Part shown: piece by piece, positions 15,168 to 23,047 of the stretch
Layout: each line of letters opens with the position of its first letter
Numbering within the stretch: the first letter of the stretch is position 1
From: Candidatus Thorarchaeota archaeon
Lineage (GTDB): Archaea; Asgardarchaeota; Heimdallarchaeia; Heimdallarchaeales; Heimdallarchaeaceae
Assembly: GCA_048883065.1 (NCBI GenBank)
Contig: JBHLQZ010000009.1
Coordinates: forward strand, 1 to 23,479
Length of the DNA stretch: 23,479 nt
Direction: 5' to 3'
Notes under the pieces: model-generated
The model's input: only the letters and a program-made list of their open reading frames with translations
Database searches by the model: none
What the model was told of the DNA's origin: nothing
Made by a program: the position numbers and the translations under genes

Positions 15168-16025
15168 ATGAAGGTTAAAATTACAACTTTATATGATTCT
15201 CAATTTTTCAAATGGAGAAACTTTGGTGCATTTAATGGAGTATCTTTTCACATTTCAATAAATAAAGAACAGATAATTTCTGATTTAGGCTTGATAAGTT
15301 GGCGTTTAATTCGGAATATGAAGAATCTCAATGTAAATCCAGATGAGATTGATAAGGTTTTTCTAACTCATGGTCATATGGATCATGTTAGAGGTCTGAT
15401 CGGTCTCATTAGAGCTAGAACTATTTCAACTAAACTACCCGTATTTACTCATCCTGATGCATCAATACAAAGATATTCTTTTATTAAAAACAGAAAAATG
15501 TGGAATGCTGGTTTTCCTATATTTGAACCCGAAATAGAGGAAAAAATACAGTTTATATTTAATAAAAAGTCTATTCAAATTGCTCCTAATCTTTTCACTA
15601 CAGGAGAAATCTCTCTTGAGGAAAGAACCAATGTCCAGAATCTTTCTAGACATTATAAATGTAAAATAAATGATACATGGGGATTTGATTCAGTTATTGA
15701 TGATCAATCTTTAGTACTTCAGACTTCTGAAGGTCTTGTATTAATCACTGGTTGTTGTCATTCTGGATTGCTGAATACATGTAACAAAGCTAAGGAGCTG
15801 TTTAATGACGATATTCATGCTATAATTGGTGGAGTGCATATGGTTTTCGCCAATGAGGAGAAAGTTGAACAAGTTATTAATAACATTAAGCGAGAGCTCA
15901 GAAATCCGATATTATATCTTAATCATAGCACTGGAACTAAAGCAATTAGGATGATGAAGAAAGAATTTGGGGAGGAGAAAGTTAGAAATTGTTCCGTAGG
16001 TACAAAAATAAAATTCGATTTTTAG
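15168..16025 (+). CDS. MBL-fold metallohydrolase, 7,8-dihydropterin-6-yl-methyl-4-(beta-D-ribofuranosyl)aminobenzene 5'-phosphate synthase-like (COG1237-like)
   Basis: KVFLTHGHMDHVRGLIGLI metal motif (HxHxDH), LVLITGCCHSGLLNTC, IIGGVHM; directly downstream of the MinD pair in the same orientation. Confidence 0.82.
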   Translation: MKVKITTLYDSQFFKWRNFGAFNGVSFHISINKEQIISDLGLISWRLIRNMKNLNVNPDEIDKVFLTHGHMDHVRGLIGLIRARTISTKLPVFTHPDASIQRYSFIKNRKMWNAGFPIFEPEIEEKIQFIFNKKSIQIAPNLFTTGEISLEERTNVQNLSRHYKCKINDTWGFDSVIDDQSLVLQTSEGLVLITGCCHSGLLNTCNKAKELFNDDIHAIIGGVHMVFANEEKVEQVINNIKRELRNPILYLNHSTGTKAIRMMKKEFGEEKVRNCSVGTKIKFDF

Positions 16026-16042
16026 AAAAAAAAGGAAAAATC

Positions 16043-16711
16043 CTATTTTCCTACTTCTTGAAGAATAGCAGGAATTAGGTTTGGAAAATCTTCGTTTTCA
16101 TGTAATCCTGCATTTGGATCATCTGTAGCAATCACATTAAGTATAGCTACATCTGCACCATTGAAATATGCTGATCTTACATTTTGTGGTTCCAAACCCC
16201 CAGCAACAGAAATAAATGTATCATACTTTGAACGAACTTTTGAAATATCTTTGTAGCGTATAATACTCTTTACATCAGCTTCTTCATCTCTTCCTTTATG
16301 AATAACAACGAAATTAGGTCTATTTCTAAGAGGGAGGAGTCTTTTTAGTGGGTCAGTGACTCCCAACATATCTACCATAGAGTATATCCCATATCTAGCA
16401 CAATTAGCATTGAATAAATCTATAGTTATAGTTGGAGCTGAACCCATTACTGTAACTGCGTTAGCACCAGATTGACTAGCAAAAAGGATCTCTCTGACTG
16501 CGCCATCAGTTACTTTAAGATCAGCAACCACCATACCTTTCCACATTCTTCTTATCAATCTAATACCTGCAACTCCAGTTAGTTTTAGGTAGGGAGTCCC
16601 TGCTTCGATTATTATTCTAGGATCATAAGGAATCTGTGACAAAACTCGTCTTACTTGAGAAGCATCTCGATTGAATGCAATTTGTATATAGCGAGTATTG
16701 GGGTCGAGCAA
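16043..16711 (-). CDS. Orotidine 5'-phosphate decarboxylase / HUMPS superfamily protein
   Basis: RIIIEAGTPYLKLTGVAGI, VVADLKVTDGAVREI (DxKxxD), GANAVTVMGSAP, ISVAGGLEPQNV. Confidence 0.82.
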   Translation of the reverse strand: MLDPNTRYIQIAFNRDASQVRRVLSQIPYDPRIIIEAGTPYLKLTGVAGIRLIRRMWKGMVVADLKVTDGAVREILFASQSGANAVTVMGSAPTITIDLFNANCARYGIYSMVDMLGVTDPLKRLLPLRNRPNFVVIHKGRDEEADVKSIIRYKDISKVRSKYDTFISVAGGLEPQNVRSAYFNGADVAILNVIATDDPNAGLHENEDFPNLIPAILQEVGK

Positions 16712-16722
16712 GTCTTTCCCTC

Positions 16723-17505
16723 TTATTTCTTAGTTTTCTTGACTACTTCTGATAATCCTTCAGAAAGATCATTTGGCATAAAAATAACAATCTTTTCACT
16801 TGGATCTTGGGCTATGTCTCTAATTGTTTGTAATGTTCTTAAAGTTAAAGCCCCTCTCTCTTCTGAGAGTTTTCTAGCTGCATCAGCTAGGTTTTTAGCA
16901 GCAATAAATTCTCCTTCAGATTGAATAATAACAGCTCGCTTTTCCCTTTCAGCTTCAGCTTGTTTAGCGAAAGCTCTTTTCATTTCCGCTGGCAATTCAA
17001 TTTCTTGAATTTTGATACTTTGAATGTCAATTCCCCATTCATTTGTTTCTTTGTCAACAATAGATCGAATGTCATTAGCAATCTGATCACGTTCAATTAA
17101 GACTTGATCTAGCTCCATAGTTCCCATTGTATCTCGTAAAGCTGCTTGAGTATATTGCCTCACAGCGTAGACATAATTCTCAATCTTGATAACTGCATCT
17201 GCCGGTCTCTCAACTTTAAAGTAGACAACAGTATTTGCTAATACAGGGATATTATCTTTTGTCATAACTTCTTGTCTGGGTATATCTTGAGTAATGATTC
17301 TCAAATCTACTTTCTTTGCTGATTCTATAATTGGTGTAACATAAACCAAACCAGGTCCTATGGTTCTCTTATAGTGTCCTAATCTAAAAACAACTAATCG
17401 TTCATATTCCATAGTTATTCTAATTCCTGCTAAAAGCAGAATAACAATAATTCCACCTATTACAGAACATACTGCTATTATTATTGTACTTACAAATGGT
17501 TCCAT
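16723..17505 (-). CDS. SPFH/band 7 stomatin-like (slipin) protein
   Basis: N-terminal TM, ERLVVFRLGHYKRTIGPGLVYVTPII...VDLRIITQDIPRQEVMTKDNIPVLANTVVYFKV...AALRDTMGTMELDQVLIERDQI. Confidence 0.93.
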   Translation of the reverse strand: MEPFVSTIIIAVCSVIGGIIVILLLAGIRITMEYERLVVFRLGHYKRTIGPGLVYVTPIIESAKKVDLRIITQDIPRQEVMTKDNIPVLANTVVYFKVERPADAVIKIENYVYAVRQYTQAALRDTMGTMELDQVLIERDQIANDIRSIVDKETNEWGIDIQSIKIQEIELPAEMKRAFAKQAEAEREKRAVIIQSEGEFIAAKNLADAARKLSEERGALTLRTLQTIRDIAQDPSEKIVIFMPNDLSEGLSEVVKKTKK

Positions 17506-17614
17506 TTTTTCACCTAATTTTTAATTCTGGCTAAATGAATATTGATAGAAAGTATTAATTAAAGCTATCCCATTGTCTAAATATAGAAGAAATTAAAACT
17601 ATAGGTGTAATCTA

Positions 17615-17962
17615 TTGAATATCATAGAGAAATATCGTTTTGGTAAGATTGTTGTTAATGGAAAATCATTTTCTAAAGATTTAATTATCTTCCCAGATGA
17701 AATAAAATCAAAATGGTGGAGAAAACAGGGTCATTCTCTACATTTAGATGATTTGCTAATTCTTGATGAGAAAAAAATAGATGTTTTAGTTGTAGGTACA
17801 GGTGCATTTGGTAGAGTTAATGTTCCTGCTGATGTCATTCAGAAACTCAATGAAAGAGATATAGTAGTTATTGCTAAAAAAACCTCGGAAGCGGTAGAAG
17901 AATATAATAAACTAGCAAAAGAAAACAAGATTGTAGCTGCTGCACTCCATTTAAATTGCTAA
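17615..17962 (+). CDS. Mth938-like (DUF498) domain protein
   Basis: FGKIVVNGKSFSKDLIIFPDEIKSKWWRKQGHSLHLDDL...VLVVGTGAFGRVNVPADV...VVIAKKTSEAVEEYNKLAKENKIVAAALHLNC. Confidence 0.82.
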   Translation: MNIIEKYRFGKIVVNGKSFSKDLIIFPDEIKSKWWRKQGHSLHLDDLLILDEKKIDVLVVGTGAFGRVNVPADVIQKLNERDIVVIAKKTSEAVEEYNKLAKENKIVAAALHLNC

Positions 17963-17990
17963 AAATATTGTTTTAATCCTCAGAGTAGAT

Positions 17991-18000
17991 TTTATAAATA
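17991..18000 (+). promoter_or_regulatory. Putative TATA box TTTATAAATA, positioned for leaderless transcription of the 18022 gene
   Basis: Box centred ~26 nt upstream of the ATG at 18022, with no obvious SD before the ATG (ttgtactaaaccATG). Confidence 0.55.
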
Positions 18001-18021
18001 TCTAATCTTTTGTACTAAACC

Positions 18022-18897
18022 ATGTCAGATTACGTTATTAAGCAATATCAAGAAGAATTTATTGAAGATCAATTTAAGGTAGGATCAGAAGTAGTTAAAG
18101 ATTGGAAGTTTTTTGGACAAACATCTGTTGAAGAACTTAAACAGTCCTACTCCCAAGAGGATTTTGACCCTGAAACAAGATTATACTGCTTTAAAGATGA
18201 GAAACTTGTAGGATTTTTAACAGCTGCAGTAAATGAAACAGAAGAAGAAAGATTTGGATTTCTAAGATTACCTTTTGTTTTACCAGAACATAAGGATGCA
18301 GAAGAATTACTGTTTAATGAGATAGTTGAGGTTTTTAAGAAAAAAGGAATTAAGAAGATAAGAGCTCAAGCTTCAAATCTTTGGGGGAATTCATTAGAAT
18401 TAGTCAAAAAATGGAATTTCGATAAGAAGGATGAGAACTTTTATGTTTACATAGCAGATTTAAAAGAGGTTGCAGTGGATAAAAACGACAAAATAGAAAT
18501 CCGATCTTTTGATTATGAAAAAGATGTAGAACCTATGGTAGAGATCTTTAAGGAAAAATATGGTTACACTGAAGAAGCAGCTAAACAGAATTTTGAAACC
18601 ATAAAGAATTTTGATAGAGTGATTGCACACTTAATTGTTCAAAAAGATGAGAATATAGTTGGGAGAGCTTTAGCTTATCTTACTGATGACCCCAAACTTG
18701 CGATTAATGGTTTCATGTTTGGAGATGATGATGTAAAGAAAGCTATGCTTTCAGAAATTATTGAAAAAAGTAAAGAAAAAGAAGTTGAAAAATTACAAAT
18801 GTTCTTCAACCTTCCAAACAAGCAACTTATCCCTGCATATGAGAAACTTGGTTTTAAGTTAGATGGAAAAGGAATTAATTTTGAGAAAGAAATCTAA
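18022..18897 (+). CDS. GNAT-family N-acetyltransferase-like protein, probably two tandem GNAT-like halves
   Basis: N-terminal half LYCFKDEKLVGFLTAAVNE...KKKGIKKIRAQASNLWGNSLELVKKWNFDKKD; C-terminal half ENIVGRALAYLTDD...LIPAYEKLGFKLDGKG. Confidence 0.72.
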   Translation: MSDYVIKQYQEEFIEDQFKVGSEVVKDWKFFGQTSVEELKQSYSQEDFDPETRLYCFKDEKLVGFLTAAVNETEEERFGFLRLPFVLPEHKDAEELLFNEIVEVFKKKGIKKIRAQASNLWGNSLELVKKWNFDKKDENFYVYIADLKEVAVDKNDKIEIRSFDYEKDVEPMVEIFKEKYGYTEEAAKQNFETIKNFDRVIAHLIVQKDENIVGRALAYLTDDPKLAINGFMFGDDDVKKAMLSEIIEKSKEKEVEKLQMFFNLPNKQLIPAYEKLGFKLDGKGINFEKEI

Positions 18898-18911
18898 TTT
18901 TCTTTTTTTTC

Positions 18912-19244
18912 CTATTCTGGAATGCTTCTTGGAATATTGGGATCATCTTCTGCAGGAAACATTTTACCATTTCGACCTAAGGTTATTTGCTTTTTGTCTT
19001 GAAACATTTTACACCAACCATCCTCAATGGTAACAACATCTCCTACGTTATATTTTTCTCCTGTATCTGCACCCCATAGGGTTAATACTGTTGAATCTGT
19101 ATCATCAACCACTAAGATCTCCCAAACAAACAATGTTCGTCCTCTAGCTTCTACTTGACGCGGACCTTGTTTTGATATGATTCTTGCTTTAACTATATCA
19201 AAATTTTTTTCTGGTTCTAATTCTGCTATCTTCAAATTTATCAC
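18912..19244 (-). CDS. Single OB-fold, SOSS-B/RPA-like nucleic-acid-binding protein (GTG start)
   Basis: VVDDTDSTVLTLWGADTGEKYNVGDVVTIEDGWCKMFQDKKQITLGRNGKM matches the D.(T)..I...W......GD.......G....F.....L..GR.G pattern of hSSB1/archaeal RPA OB folds. Confidence 0.72.
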   Translation of the reverse strand: MINLKIAELEPEKNFDIVKARIISKQGPRQVEARGRTLFVWEILVVDDTDSTVLTLWGADTGEKYNVGDVVTIEDGWCKMFQDKKQITLGRNGKMFPAEDDPNIPRSIPE

Positions 19245-19277
19245 TTCTAACCGTATATTATATTTTCAAAATCACTC

Positions 19278-19289
19278 ACACTTAAGTGT
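19278..19289. promoter_or_regulatory. 12-bp perfect palindrome ACACTTAAGTGT upstream of the OB-fold gene
   Basis: Self-reverse-complementary; 34 bp upstream of the GTG at 19244, next to an AT-rich TATA-like stretch (AAAATATAATATA on the minus strand). Confidence 0.35.
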
Positions 19290-19316
19290 ATCCCTACATT
19301 TAAAAAATTAATATAT

Positions 19317-19336
19317 GCATCTCATTGGTGAGATGC
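19317..19336 (-). terminator. Hairpin GCATCTCA-(4 nt)-TGAGATGC overlapping the stop codon of the reductase gene, followed by a T-rich tract in the minus direction
   Basis: 8-bp perfect stem with 4-nt loop at 19317-19336; minus-strand downstream reads ATATATTAATTTTTTAAA. Confidence 0.45.
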
Positions 19337-20373
19337 TAACTTAAAACTACTTGATTGTAGAGTTTCTTTATCAAACCTTTTGAAGGTTTTAATTCACCTT
19401 TCTCCAACTTTTTAATTGTGTCTATCAAAAGTTCATTAATAGGCATCTCTACGTTATACTCTTTTCCAAGCTCAACTACTTTTCCGTTTAGATAGTCGAT
19501 TTCAGTTGTTTTATTGTTTCTTATATCTTGTAAAGTTGAAACGATTGCATCTTTGTTTTCATGAGTCATTCTCATAACTACTGTTCGTGCTATACCAAAA
19601 CTGATTAAATCATAATTATAAAGCATCTCAGGATAAAGACGCCCTTGAAATGGATTAAGTTTTAAACCTAAAGCATCAACAACATGAACTAATTCCTTCC
19701 ATGTCCATAAAGCTAAAGTAAGACCAGAAACATCACCTGCAATTTCCCCAAGAGCAAAGTTACCAATAGCACATATTGGATTAATAGTGCAGTTAATCAT
19801 CACTTTCATCCACACGTCACTTATGATATTCTCAGAGATTGAGGTTGGAGCAATTTTATTAAGAGCTTTCAAAATAAATTCAGGAACTTCTCTACCTTTC
19901 TCTGGTGTCATTTCAGCTGTAAGTTTTCCCACAATTATATCGCCATCAGTAGTCTGAACAGCAACACCTTCATCTTCTAGAAGAACGTTGAAACCTATTA
20001 CACATGGATAAACATTTTCAAACTTAGTTTTATCAAAAATATCTTGAGCGACAAAACCATTTTGAAGTGAAACTATAGGAGTTTCTTTTGGTAATGTATC
20101 TTGTAATTCCTGAACAAAAGCTAAAGTAGGATTTGCTTTCAATGTTATAAAAAGTGCATCAGGTGTTAAATTACCGTTTTTAAGATCATCTACTGTTATA
20201 GCTTTTATTTTCGAGCTAAGGTTTCCCATATAACTCTTATATATTACAGGATTTTTCTTGAAATATTCTTTATGTCTTTCTCTTCCTAGAAGGAAAACCT
20301 CTGCATTTTCTTGAGAAATACTTGCTGCGACTGCACAACCAATGGCACCAGGACCTATAACTACAATTTTCAT
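19336..20373 (-). CDS. Ketopantoate reductase (2-dehydropantoate 2-reductase)-like / ApbA-PanE family
   Basis: MKIVVIGPGAIGCAVAA Rossmann motif, VSLQNGF, DVWMKVMINCTINPICA, STLQDIRNNKTTEIDYLNGKVVELG. Confidence 0.88.
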   Translation of the reverse strand: MKIVVIGPGAIGCAVAASISQENAEVFLLGRERHKEYFKKNPVIYKSYMGNLSSKIKAITVDDLKNGNLTPDALFITLKANPTLAFVQELQDTLPKETPIVSLQNGFVAQDIFDKTKFENVYPCVIGFNVLLEDEGVAVQTTDGDIIVGKLTAEMTPEKGREVPEFILKALNKIAPTSISENIISDVWMKVMINCTINPICAIGNFALGEIAGDVSGLTLALWTWKELVHVVDALGLKLNPFQGRLYPEMLYNYDLISFGIARTVVMRMTHENKDAIVSTLQDIRNNKTTEIDYLNGKVVELGKEYNVEMPINELLIDTIKKLEKGELKPSKGLIKKLYNQVVLS

Positions 20374-20377
20374 ATTT

Positions 20378-21001
20378 TTACTCCACCTTCTTCATCCATT
20401 TCAGACCCTCTTTGAAAGCTTTTTTATTGACTTGTTTCAAGAGGATATTTCTACCTAGGTATTCCAAAACATACTCTTCAGCTTTATTTGTTGGTATCTC
20501 TAGTTCTGGGAATGTTGTCAAAATAGAGAAAACAGCAACATTAACAGGTTTTAGTTTAAATTTTACACTTGCTTCAAAGCCTAATGCGTCAAAAATATAA
20601 GTTTCGGAAGAATATTTTATTATCTCTCGATCAATATCTTCAGCATCTGGAAACATTTCTAAACCTAAATCAACTGTTGTTCTTATATCATATTTATTAG
20701 AAACTAGTACTTTGGGTTTTGTTTCTCTAGCTAAATAGAGATAACGTAAGGTCTCAAGTTTTTCTAATCCTATAATAATATCTACATCTTTAGCAGCAAA
20801 CAGAGGATTATCAGCTTCATTTATTCGAATGAAGGATTGTACCGATCCTCCCCTTTGAGATAAACCATGCATCTCATTGTAACACACTTTCTTTCCTAGC
20901 ATAAAGCTTGTGTTTGCTATCAGCTTTGCTAGAGTAATAACTCCCTGACCACCTAGACCAACAATTGCAATGTTTAATGTATTATTTTGTTTATCACTCA
21001 T
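20378..21001 (-). CDS. iorB: Indolepyruvate ferredoxin oxidoreductase, beta subunit
   Basis: NIAIVGLGGQGVITLAKLIANTSFMLGKKVCYNEMHGLSQRGGSVQSFIRI; directly downstream of iorA. Confidence 0.9.
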   Translation of the reverse strand: MSDKQNNTLNIAIVGLGGQGVITLAKLIANTSFMLGKKVCYNEMHGLSQRGGSVQSFIRINEADNPLFAAKDVDIIIGLEKLETLRYLYLARETKPKVLVSNKYDIRTTVDLGLEMFPDAEDIDREIIKYSSETYIFDALGFEASVKFKLKPVNVAVFSILTTFPELEIPTNKAEEYVLEYLGRNILLKQVNKKAFKEGLKWMKKVE

Positions 21002-21005
21002 TTGC

Positions 21006-22916
21006 TTACACCTTCTTTTTCTTTCGTGGAATTATTGCAGCTTGAGGACATACTCCTACACAAATATTACATGCTGTGCATGTATCTTCTTTTATGACCA
21101 TTTTACCGTCTTTTTTAATGATTGATGGGCATGAAAATTCAATAAAACATGTACCACACATATTGCAAAGCTCTTCATCGATATAAGGTGGTTCTCCTAA
21201 ATCCAAACTATGTCTATAGAGCTCTACTACACACTCACCATTAAAAATCACTACAGAAGGTCCTTCGAAAGCCATTGCTTCCCTAAATATCTTTGTATTT
21301 TCTTTAGTATCCTCAACTCTAATTGATCTCACCCATTCAACTCCTAATCCTCGGACTACTTGTTCAATATCTAGTTGTTTTTGTCCTTTTGCTTTTTTCT
21401 CGTCAGAGCTTGGAGTGGGTTGTCCACCGGTCATAGCAGTAAGAGAATTATTAAGAATCGCCACAGTAATGTTGTGATTATAAAGAACAGCATCAATAAG
21501 TGGAGGAATACCTGCATGAAAGAAAGTTCCATCACCGATTATTGCAACTACTGGTTTATCATTAGTTAATGAGAAACCTATAGCTGTTCCTATACTTGCT
21601 CCCATACATAACCAAAAATCTCCAACATCTACTGGAAACACTTGACCTAAAGCGTAACAACCTATATCAGAAGGGATAATATCAGTTGTTTTAGTTGCTC
21701 TTTTTATCGTATAGAATGCTCCTCTATGACAACAACCGTCACATAATCGTGGAAGTGTTCTTGGGATTAATTGATCTTCTCTTCCAAAAACATGTGCATA
21801 TGGAGATGGCTCTACAGGTTTGACCTTAAACACTTCTTCATTAATTGGATCCGTTGCTATCCTCTTGAAAGCTTCATCCAATACATCAGGTAAAATTCGA
21901 TTTTCTTCAGGAATAGCTAGTTGTTCTTTCCCAAATACTTTCAAATCTAGTTTATATCTACCTATTATGCTTAATACTTCACTTTCTAGATAACTTTCAA
22001 GTTCTTCAACAAAATAGATGTATTTGTATTTTTGAAGAATCTCAACAATTTGCTTTTCGTTTAAAGGATGAATAGCACTTATCTTAAGAATAGGAATATC
22101 TAACTTATTGAGATTTCTCATATATTCTACCATTGGATAAATTGCACCTTGAGTTATAATCAATTTATCAGACAATGATTCATTGTATTTAAGCTCATTA
22201 TATGCTTTAAAATCTTCATCTTCTCTGATTTGATCTAGATTAGCATGTAAACCTTTGTGCAAAACATATCTTGCTGGAATTGCATATTTCACATCTTTGA
22301 AGAAATCTCCCTTTTTTTCTAACTTCTCTTCAACAACTTTCATTCTAACTTCGGAAGTGTTTAATGAATTGAAGCTTGTTAATCGCACTATGAATATAGT
22401 GTTATACTTCTCTGATAACTCATAAGCTTGCACCATTGTATCTTTGATTTCCTGAGAAGTTGAAGGTTCCAAAATAGGTAGATGTGAGAATTTGCCCCAA
22501 AATCTAGAGTCTTGTTCATTTTGACTCGACAAACATCCTGGATCATCAACAACAACTACAACCATTCCTCCCTGAACGCCAAAATATGCTAGAGCCATTA
22601 AAGGATCAGATGCCACATTTAATCCAACATGTTTCATGATTACAGCTGAACGGACACCTGAAAGAGCTGCTGCTCCAGCTATCTCAAGAGCAACTTTTTC
22701 GTTAACAGAAAATTCAAAATAAAGTTGTCCTTTTTGATGTAATTTATACAATTGCATCTGAATTTCAGTACTAGGTGTTCCAGGATAAGCTGCAGTCAGA
22801 CCTACTTTAGCTTCAAGTAAACCTTGAACAACAGCTCTATTACCCATGAGTAATTGAACTACCTCACCTTCTCCTGATGCTCCTCCCTTATCAGTTTTAG
22901 AATCTACTGCTTTCAT
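21006..22916 (-). CDS. iorA: Indolepyruvate ferredoxin oxidoreductase, alpha subunit (TPP + 2x[4Fe-4S])
   Basis: GLTAAYPGTPSTEI, TPP-binding GDGTFFHAGIPPLIDAVLYNHNITVAILNNSLTAMTGGQPTP, C-terminal CNMCGTCFIEFSCPSI...CTACNICVGVCPQAAI. Confidence 0.95.
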   Translation of the reverse strand: MKAVDSKTDKGGASGEGEVVQLLMGNRAVVQGLLEAKVGLTAAYPGTPSTEIQMQLYKLHQKGQLYFEFSVNEKVALEIAGAAALSGVRSAVIMKHVGLNVASDPLMALAYFGVQGGMVVVVVDDPGCLSSQNEQDSRFWGKFSHLPILEPSTSQEIKDTMVQAYELSEKYNTIFIVRLTSFNSLNTSEVRMKVVEEKLEKKGDFFKDVKYAIPARYVLHKGLHANLDQIREDEDFKAYNELKYNESLSDKLIITQGAIYPMVEYMRNLNKLDIPILKISAIHPLNEKQIVEILQKYKYIYFVEELESYLESEVLSIIGRYKLDLKVFGKEQLAIPEENRILPDVLDEAFKRIATDPINEEVFKVKPVEPSPYAHVFGREDQLIPRTLPRLCDGCCHRGAFYTIKRATKTTDIIPSDIGCYALGQVFPVDVGDFWLCMGASIGTAIGFSLTNDKPVVAIIGDGTFFHAGIPPLIDAVLYNHNITVAILNNSLTAMTGGQPTPSSDEKKAKGQKQLDIEQVVRGLGVEWVRSIRVEDTKENTKIFREAMAFEGPSVVIFNGECVVELYRHSLDLGEPPYIDEELCNMCGTCFIEFSCPSIIKKDGKMVIKEDTCTACNICVGVCPQAAIIPRKKKKV

Positions 22917-23047
22917 CTAGATGACCATTATAATAGTTATTATAGTTAATATCGTACTAATTATTTTATTAGAGATAACTCTATTTTGAACATGGTATTT
23001 TTAAAACTTTTGTCCGAAAAAATTAACAGATTAATAGTTTTACTCAA

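Noticed and set aside
15462-15653. 63-aa minus-strand ORF opposite the MBL gene
   Set aside because: Antisense shadow ORF.
11489-16025. Nitrogen fixation (nif) cluster
   Set aside because: Only NifX/NifB-type small domains are present; no nifH, nifD, nifK, nifE, nifN or radical-SAM nifB is visible, so a nif call is unsupported.
16655-16924. 89-aa plus-strand ORF across the HUMPS/SPFH junction
   Set aside because: Antisense to two confident genes.
20412-21569. Plus-strand ORFs (62 and 64 aa) opposite iorB and iorA
   Set aside because: Antisense shadow ORFs.
22917-23047. Possible CRISPR-like or repeat array (ataatagttattatagtta)
   Set aside because: Only a short imperfect AT-rich repetition with no spacer-repeat periodicity.
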